From Candidatus Acidiferrum sp. (GTDB lineage: Bacteria > Acidobacteriota > Terriglobia > Acidiferrales > UBA7541), in the NCBI GenBank assembly GCA_041478205.1, contig JBGOVR010000001.1, forward strand, positions 5,583 to 69,582: a stretch of 64,000 nt of DNA. Direction: 5' to 3'. Below, one piece after another: positions 57,739-64,000 of this stretch. Numbering within the stretch: the first letter of the stretch is position 1; each line of letters opens with the position of its first letter. Under the pieces are notes generated by a model that saw only the letters and a program-made list of their open reading frames with translations, made no database searches and was not told the DNA's origin. Position numbers and translations under genes: made by a program.

Positions 57739-60287
57739 AGGCAACGAAAACGACTAGCTTGGTTGCCCGGTTTGGGCCCATCGTCTTGCTGGCCGCGTTG
57801 TTGGTCGCCCTGTTGCCGCGATCCTGCGCGCAATTCCCTCCCTCTCCAGGAACAGGCCCAGGCCTCGCGGAGACGATCGAAGCGATCGACAGCGCTCGCG
57901 TCACCACCCGTATCCTCTACATCACGGCGCATCCCGACGACGAATCCGCCGCGGCGCTGACCTACCTTGCGCGCGGCCTGCACGCGGACGTGGCGCTGCT
58001 CTCTCTGACCCGCGGTGAAGGCGGACAAAACGACCTCGGCCCCGAACAAGCGCCTCAGCTTGGCTTAATTCGCACGCAGGAGCTTCTCGCCGCCACACGC
58101 GGTTACGGCGTGAAACTTTTTTTTACGCGCGCCCCCGACTTTGGCTTCTCGAAAACGCCCGAAGAAACGCAAGAAATCTGGGGCGACCTGGTTCTCGAAG
58201 ACATGGTCCGCGTGATCCGCACCTTTCGCCCCAACATCGTGATCAACAATTTTGGCGGCGTGCACAACGGCCACGGCCATCATCAAACCGCCGGCCTGTG
58301 GGCACCAAAAGCCGTCCAACTGGCCGCCGATCCCAAGGCTTTCCACGATCATCTGGAAAGAAAACTTCCACCCTGGAACGGGGAGGGCCAGGGCTCCGTC
58401 CAGATTCTCGATCTCAACCGAAGCGGCGACGGCAAGGGATACGCGCTCCCGCTGGACGACGTGTCCCCGCTCTGGGGCAAGAGCTACCGCCAAATCGGCC
58501 TAGATGCCTTTGCGAACCATCGCACGCAAGGCATTTCCGGCTTTCTCGGTTCGCCGTTCTTGCGCCGGCCGATCACACTGTTGCCCGAAGGCGACGCCAA
58601 GTTCGATGCCAAAAACCTTGCCGCGCCGCTTCGCTCTTTGTTCCCAGGCTGCCGGGCCTTTGAAGATGCCGATGACCAACTCTCCGCCGCGCGAACCGCG
58701 GCTATGAATCTGGATTGGTCCGCCGCGATCAACTCTCTTGCGCTGGCGGCTGCCAATGCCGCGCACTGGATGGACAAGTGTCCGTGGCACCTCACCGGAA
58801 TGCTTGCGCAAAACTATATGGTTGCCGATATGAACCGCCCGGTGGCGCGAATTGAGAAGGCACTCGCGCTGGCCGCGGGCTTGCAAGTAACCGCGGAAGC
58901 AGACCGAAGTGAATTGGTCGCCGGTGAAAGTTTCGGTGTGCAAACGCAAGCCCACTGCAGACTCGATTCGTGCACCATGGGCGATCTGAAGCTCGTTTTC
59001 GGCGGTAATTTCAAGGAAACGAAGCGGGAAGGCGACCTCGGTCAGGGTCTTCGGTTGACCGTGGCTGTTTCACCGCCTCCACCTCCTGCGGCGCCAGAGT
59101 TGGATCTGTTGCAGCCGGAACCCTCGCCTCTGGTTGTCGCGCAACAGGAAGTGACCATCGGCGGCTACCAGCTTCAGTTCACTCTTCCCGTCACGCACAT
59201 TCAGGCTACCTCGACCCGCGTGGACCGTGTGCCCCTGCGCATGGTGCCGGCTTACACGCTGGCGGTCGAACCGAAGCAGGTGATTGAAGTGCTAGCCAAG
59301 CCGGGCAAACCGTTTGACGTGTTGCTGCGCGTCCACTCGTACGCGACGCAGCCCGGGAAAGTGCGCGTTGAGCTCACGGTGCCGCAAGGATGGAGCAGCA
59401 ATCCGCCGGCGATGCTGGAATTTTCCGGGGTGGGCGATCGATATGCGCGGTTGACGGTCACTCTGCCGCAAAAGCTGGCCGCGGGAAACTACAAGATTGC
59501 GGCGTCCGCGCAGCGGGGCGTCACCAAGGACGGCGACAAATTCACCGAATCGCTCGAGCCGCTCCCAACACTGCCAACCCAGCTTTGGAGCGAGCCGGCG
59601 CAGTGTGTTGTCCACGCTTTCGCCATAAATGTGCCGGAAAATCTGCGCGTCGGTTATATCACCGCAGAGAGCGAGCCCATTCCCGAAGCACTCGAGCGCC
59701 TGGGCATGCGCGTCGAAATGCTCGATGCTGCCGCGCTCGCCTTCAGCGACCTGTCGCGATTCCGCGCCATCATCGTCGGCGTGCGCGCCTACGAATTGCG
59801 TTCCGACCTGCCGGGCGCCAACCAGCGCCTGCTCGATTACGTCTCCAACGGCGGCACGCTCGTCGTCCAATACGAGCGCGATTTCGCCTGGGACCGCGCG
59901 CAATACGCACCCTACCCTGCAAAAATCACGCCGCCGCCAAACAGTCCATTGCCGCGCATCACCGATGAAAACTCACCGGTGAAGTTTCTCAAGCCGGACG
60001 ACCCGCTGCTGAATCAGCCAAACAAGATCACGCAAGATGATTTCAACGGTTGGGTGCAGGAACGCGGCCTCTATTTCTGGACGCAGTTCGATTCCAAGTA
60101 CACACCTCTGCTGGCGATGAACGACCCCGGCGAAATCGATCAGAACGGCGCGTTGGTGTACGCGCACTACGGCAAAGGAACCTACATCTACACGGGCCTC
60201 GCCTTCTTCCGGCAATTGCCGGAAGGCGTCCCGGGCGCTTACCGGCTGTTTGTGAATCTTCTCGCCGCTGCGCCCGCGGCGCGCTGA
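57735..60287 (+). CDS. Exported PIG-L/LmbE-family deacetylase with Ig-like and GATase-like C-terminal domains
   Basis: ATGA overlap; signal peptide; AHPDDE, TRGEGGQN, DFGFSK, HGHH, IIVGVRAY, WVQERGLYF. Confidence 0.9.
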   Translation: MKATKTTSLVARFGPIVLLAALLVALLPRSCAQFPPSPGTGPGLAETIEAIDSARVTTRILYITAHPDDESAAALTYLARGLHADVALLSLTRGEGGQNDLGPEQAPQLGLIRTQELLAATRGYGVKLFFTRAPDFGFSKTPEETQEIWGDLVLEDMVRVIRTFRPNIVINNFGGVHNGHGHHQTAGLWAPKAVQLAADPKAFHDHLERKLPPWNGEGQGSVQILDLNRSGDGKGYALPLDDVSPLWGKSYRQIGLDAFANHRTQGISGFLGSPFLRRPITLLPEGDAKFDAKNLAAPLRSLFPGCRAFEDADDQLSAARTAAMNLDWSAAINSLALAAANAAHWMDKCPWHLTGMLAQNYMVADMNRPVARIEKALALAAGLQVTAEADRSELVAGESFGVQTQAHCRLDSCTMGDLKLVFGGNFKETKREGDLGQGLRLTVAVSPPPPPAAPELDLLQPEPSPLVVAQQEVTIGGYQLQFTLPVTHIQATSTRVDRVPLRMVPAYTLAVEPKQVIEVLAKPGKPFDVLLRVHSYATQPGKVRVELTVPQGWSSNPPAMLEFSGVGDRYARLTVTLPQKLAAGNYKIAASAQRGVTKDGDKFTESLEPLPTLPTQLWSEPAQCVVHAFAINVPENLRVGYITAESEPIPEALERLGMRVEMLDAAALAFSDLSRFRAIIVGVRAYELRSDLPGANQRLLDYVSNGGTLVVQYERDFAWDRAQYAPYPAKITPPPNSPLPRITDENSPVKFLKPDDPLLNQPNKITQDDFNGWVQERGLYFWTQFDSKYTPLLAMNDPGEIDQNGALVYAHYGKGTYIYTGLAFFRQLPEGVPGAYRLFVNLLAAAPAAR

Positions 60288-60423
60288 TCTCGTCTCGCAA
60301 GTTGCAGTTGCCAAAGCGGAGCCATTGCCGCTTCCGCAATCCTTCGCACTCAGCAGTCTCGCCGCAATATCGGCGTGCTATTCTTTCCGCCAGCAAATCT
60401 CACCCGGCTAAAAGGAGAAGCAC

Positions 60424-61056
60424 ATGAATCAAACGGTGCGGCCCAAGAGCCAGAGCGGGCGCTCATATCGCGTCGTTCCAAGCCTGCTGCTCTGCACTGC
60501 AATTCTCCTCGGATTAGCGGGACCCGCCGCGGCGCAGCAGAAGGACAAGAAAAAGAAGAACGATGCGCCGAAGTCGGACGGCCAGCCAACCATTCCGATG
60601 GGCGACGAACAGCAAATCGACTACATGATTTCATCGATGCTGGGCGCGTGGCAGGTAGGCGACGTCGACAAGCTGCATCAGTCCTACGCGGATGACGTCA
60701 CGCTGGTGAGCGGAGTCTGGGCCCCGCCGGTGGTGGGTTGGGCAAACTACGCTCCCTCGTTTCAGCAGCAGCGCGCACGTATGCAACAAGTGCGCATGGA
60801 CCGGACCAACACCTTCGTCAAAGTGGACGGCACCGTGGCATGGGCGTGTTATCAGTGGGATTTCGAGGCCACCGTCGATGGGCAGCCGTCGGCTTCAAGA
60901 GGGCAAACCACGTTGGTAATGGAAAAGCGCAACAATCACTGGCTGATCGTGCACAACCACACATCCGTTGTGCAGATCCAGCCGGGCGTTCCCACAAGCC
61001 CCGGGAACAGTCTCCCAGCAACCCAGCCGTCCCCGAGCAAGCCTGCGTCCCGCTGA
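60424..61056 (+). CDS. Exported SnoaL/NTF2-like protein
   Basis: RBS AAGGAG; signal peptide; YADDVT, TTLVMEKR..WLIVHNHTS. Confidence 0.85.
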   Translation: MNQTVRPKSQSGRSYRVVPSLLLCTAILLGLAGPAAAQQKDKKKKNDAPKSDGQPTIPMGDEQQIDYMISSMLGAWQVGDVDKLHQSYADDVTLVSGVWAPPVVGWANYAPSFQQQRARMQQVRMDRTNTFVKVDGTVAWACYQWDFEATVDGQPSASRGQTTLVMEKRNNHWLIVHNHTSVVQIQPGVPTSPGNSLPATQPSPSKPASR

Positions 61057-61091
61057 CGCCCGGCTCGCTCTACGTGACCAAACGCGACCGG

Positions 61092-61376
61092 CTAGAAACT
61101 CTTCAGGCCTTCATAAAGCCACATGCCGACAATCAGCAGCAGGAGTGCTCCCGCCGCGATGCCGCTCGTGGCAATCGGCCGTGTCAGCGAACTGATCTTA
61201 GCGATCAATTCGCGCTGCTCTCTGGCCATGTGCTCTTCCGCCGCATCGAGGAAGATCTGGTCGTCCTCATGGCTTGCGAGGACGCTCCGCCACATCAACA
61301 GACCGATAAATATGACGGTGATGATCCCCCAGACGATCGCTAGGTAGAGAATGGGCCCCGTAAGCGTCGCTCCCAT
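61092..61376 (-). CDS. Small two-TM hypothetical protein
   Basis: RBS GGAGG; TM, HEDDQIFLD..EEHM..EQ, TM. Confidence 0.75.
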   Translation of the reverse strand: MGATLTGPILYLAIVWGIITVIFIGLLMWRSVLASHEDDQIFLDAAEEHMAREQRELIAKISSLTRPIATSGIAAGALLLLIVGMWLYEGLKSF

Positions 61377-61556
61377 GGCAACCTCCCGTTGGAACCGAAC
61401 CGAGGTGCTCGTCCCCCAGGACAACAGAGGGCAAACACGGGGTAAACCGGTATTCTGTCGGGAGTATAGCACTATGAATCTGAATTTCCACTGTTCCGCA
61501 TCGGAGAACCGGGTGTAGGAACGCCCGGTGTCCGGTCTACGAAAGGCAAAGTTTTT

Positions 61557-62340
61557 ATGGGCAAGGCGTTACGCGTAGCAGTCATAACCGGGGCGGCCCA
61601 AGGTATTGGGAAGCGCATAGCAGAGGTTTTGGCCGAGCGAGGTTACAGTTTGGCGCTCAGCGATCTGCGCGCACCGCTAGATACTCTGCGAGCAGTGCGC
61701 GAGCGCGGTGCGGAGGCCATCGAAGTCCTTGGCGACATCTCCGAGGAGACCGTCGTCGCGAAGTTCGCAACCCAAGTGCGAACCCGCTGGGGCCGCGCAG
61801 ATGTGCTCGTGAATAACGCCGGGATCAGTTTCATCGCGCCAGCCGAAACGCTCTCGGGCGCGGAGTATCGCCGCGTCTTGGAAGTCAATCTGGTTGCGCC
61901 CTTTCTGCTGGCAAAGGCCTTCGGCACCATGATGCTGGCGCAGCGCAGCGGGAGCATCATCAATGTGGCGTCTGTCGCCGGACTGGTGGGTGTTGCGGAC
62001 CGCGCGGCCTACAACGCCTCGAAACACGGGCTGATCGGTCTGACCCGGACGTTGGCGGCGGAGTGGGGAGGCCGCGGCGTGCGCGTGAATGCCGTCTGTC
62101 CAGGCTGGGTGAAGACCGAGATGGACGTGGCCGACCAGGCGGGGGGGAGGTTATACCGACGCGGACATCATCGGCCGGGTGCCTATGGCGCGATTCGCTT
62201 CACCCGACGATATCGCCAGGGCGATCACCTTTCTGGCCGATCCGCTGGAGAGCGGCTTCGTCAACGGACACGCACTTGCTGTCGACGGAGGCTGGACCGC
62301 CGATGGAAGCTGGGAATCGCTGCGGCTTCGCCATCGCTAA
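61557..62340 (+). pseudogene. SDR-family oxidoreductase with a frameshift in a G7 run (real mutation or assembly error)
   Basis: TGAAQGIG, NNAG, YNASK, VNAVCPG; after G7 (62141-62147) another frame continues [16 protein letters not shown]...[13 protein letters not shown] to TAA 62340. Confidence 0.85.
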
Positions 62341-62389
62341 TACACCAAAGATTTAGTCCATTTCAGCCGGGAGGCCACTCTGCAACGCG

Positions 62390-62418
62390 TTGACAAAGCA
62401 GAGAGCGGCGGGCAAAAT
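62390..62418 (+). promoter_or_regulatory. sigma70 promoter of tRNA-Leu
   Basis: TTGACA, 17 bp, CAAAAT. Confidence 0.6.
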
Positions 62419-62484
62419 GAAAAAGCCTCGTTGTTCTGTGCGATCCCGGCTCGATCTCGATCGCAGTCAACGCAACGCACTTGT

Positions 62485-62571
62485 GCCCGAATGGCGGAAT
62501 TGGCAGACGCGCCAGGTTCAGGACCTGGTTCTCGCAAGGGAGTGGAGGTTCGAGTCCTCTTTCGGGCACCA
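62485..62571 (+). tRNA. tRNA-Leu (CAG)
   Basis: Acceptor GCCCGAA/TTCGGGC-A-CCA; anticodon stem CCAGG/CCTGG with loop TTCAGGA; long variable arm; T loop TTCGAGT. Confidence 0.97.
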
Positions 62572-62768
62572 TTAATTATCAAAAGGATTACGCTGTTTTT
62601 AGGTTGCGCTGTGCTGACATCTTTTCTGCTTGTTGTTAGTTCCGGTGCCGGTTGGTTTCTCTGGTAAAGCGTTCCACAGCCTCACGCAAATGCCTCTCCC
62701 CCCAAATGAGAATTTCCTGTACTTCCGTACCGCTGGCGTCGTAGCGCGCCGCGTGTCAGACTTCCCCC

Positions 62769-63023
62769 ATGTTGGATGAGGGCGTTTGGGCTGAAGTCAA
62801 AGTGGGCGGCGAGCACCTGCGCTTGTTCTCCGAGCATAACGCGCAGGGCGTACAGGCGTCGGTATATAACGTCAACGCCAAAAACTGGGTTGCCCCCTCC
62901 GAGCCAGTCGATGACATCGAGCAGGGCAAAGAAAAAGCAGCAGCGCATGCGCAGGCGCACCTCAAGCGCACGGCCAACCTGGAACTACCCTCCTTGGTGT
63001 GGAAGAGATCCCGTTCCGCGTAG
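62769..63023 (+). CDS. Small hypothetical protein (84 aa)
   Basis: Protein-like composition; fills the gap between the tRNA and the convergent ADOP gene. Confidence 0.65.
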   Translation: MLDEGVWAEVKVGGEHLRLFSEHNAQGVQASVYNVNAKNWVAPSEPVDDIEQGKEKAAAHAQAHLKRTANLELPSLVWKRSRSA

Positions 63024-63057
63024 GCCAAGACGTTTGAGCTACCTACGCCACGCGGCG

Positions 63058-64000
63058 CTACTCAATTCTCAGGGCGTTCATGGGCGAAATAGATGCCGCG
63101 CGGTTCGCGGGAATTATGGCCGCGAAAAATGAGCAGATCGCAAGCGCCCCCACAGCCATGCTCAGCGCGAGCGGGTCCCATGAGGAAACGCCGTACAGTT
63201 GGGCTGAGATCAGCCGCCCGGCGCCAACCGCCAGAGGCACTCCCAGGATAAGTCCAAGCAACACTCGCTTGAATGCCCCGCCCAGTACGAGTTGAATCAC
63301 CTTCAGGCGGTCGGCGCCAAGTGCCATGCGAATGCCGATTTCGTTGGTTCGCTGCGCAACGGTATAGGCGGTGACGCCGTACAGTCCGATAGCAGCCAGC
63401 ACTAGAGCCACAATCCCGAACAGGCCAGCCAGGCTGGCTACGGCGCGCTCCTGATCGAACGAAAGTTCAACTTGCTGCTGCATCGTCCGGATACTGTTGA
63501 TCGTTAGGTTGGGATCCAGCTCCGCCAGCATCCTGGTGAGCAGCGGCTCCAGCGCGCCGGGGGACATCTTGGTTACCAGCATGATTCCGCCGATAAAGTG
63601 CGAGCGCAGCTCAATTTTCTTCATCAACTCGTCGTGGTAGGCGACAGTTTGCGCCAGCGGCACGTAGAACATCGGACGCGCCGGCTTGTCCAAGCCCCAG
63701 CCCGCAAACTTGGCATCGCGCACGACGCCGACAATGCTGAACGTGCTGGCATATTCGGGCATGTCCAGGCCGAAGTGCTGCTGCAAGGGGTCCTCGTCGC
63801 TCTTGAAAAAGCGCTTCACGAAGGCCTCGTTCACGATCGCCACCAGCGCTGTGGTTTCGTTGTCCGCTGCGCTAAAGTCACGCCCCCGCAAAATGGGCAT
63901 ACCGAAGTTCTGAAGATAGTTGGCGCTCACGCGGTCCCACGACGCGCCCGCTTCCTCGTTTAGCTTGGCAGGAGGATGGCCGGCGACCATGATGAGTTCG
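63058..64000 (-). CDS. ADOP-type ABC permease, C-terminal part (partial)
   Basis: VAIVNEAF, IVGVVRD, LAAIGLYGV, RTNEIGIRMALGA, IPANRAASISPMNALRIE. Confidence 0.93.
   Translation of the reverse strand, partial: ELIMVAGHPPAKLNEEAGASWDRVSANYLQNFGMPILRGRDFSAADNETTALVAIVNEAFVKRFFKSDEDPLQQHFGLDMPEYASTFSIVGVVRDAKFAGWGLDKPARPMFYVPLAQTVAYHDELMKKIELRSHFIGGIMLVTKMSPGALEPLLTRMLAELDPNLTINSIRTMQQQVELSFDQERAVASLAGLFGIVALVLAAIGLYGVTAYTVAQRTNEIGIRMALGADRLKVIQLVLGGAFKRVLLGLILGVPLAVGAGRLISAQLYGVSSWDPLALSMAVGALAICSFFAAIIPANRAASISPMNALRIE

Noticed and set aside
62148-62393. C-terminal tail of the 278-aa SDR ORF as listed in the track
   Set aside because: It is out-of-frame sequence after the G7 slip; the true C-terminus is in another frame
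62485-64000. Integrative element at tRNA-Leu
   Set aside because: No integrase and no duplicated tRNA 3' end is visible in the window

Overview
GC-rich chromosomal window, probably from an Acidobacteriota genome (inferred from ADOP-type permeases with a PadR regulator, an Oar-type TonB-dependent receptor and membrane Hanks kinases). It has about 50 CDS and one tRNA-Leu(CAG). I found no integrase, transposase, phage genes or CRISPR array. Main blocks: (1) 1-12.7 kb, a candidate polyamine/acyl-amine utilisation locus (TonB receptor, MerR-XRE-cupin regulator, exported amidohydrolase, PotDABC-like ABC transporter, Tat flavin amine oxidase, exported D-aminoacylase); (2) rplS, a PadR-ADOP cassette with an internally deleted mini-ADOP, rnhB, an SgmX-like TPR protein and thiE; (3) signalling and accessory genes (TPR kinase with a coupled small lipoprotein, PAS-GGDEF cyclase, a putative porin plus cytochrome c behind TTGCAA-N5-TTGCAA boxes, a PD40 kinase, an S1/P1 nuclease, non-coding repeats); (4) glmM, an ECF sigma / zinc-finger-DUF4349 anti-sigma / DUF4349 module with twin ECF promoters, a 1.2 kb intergenic region with candidate sRNAs, a double-PilZ protein, glpX and a DUF1800/DUF1501 pair; (5) neuC and a PglF-like dehydratase, a hybrid histidine kinase with an ETR1-like ethylene-binding domain, an APC permease with a PIG-L deacetylase, a frameshifted SDR, tRNA-Leu and a partial ADOP permease. 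All family calls come from recognising motifs by eye; no database searches were run.
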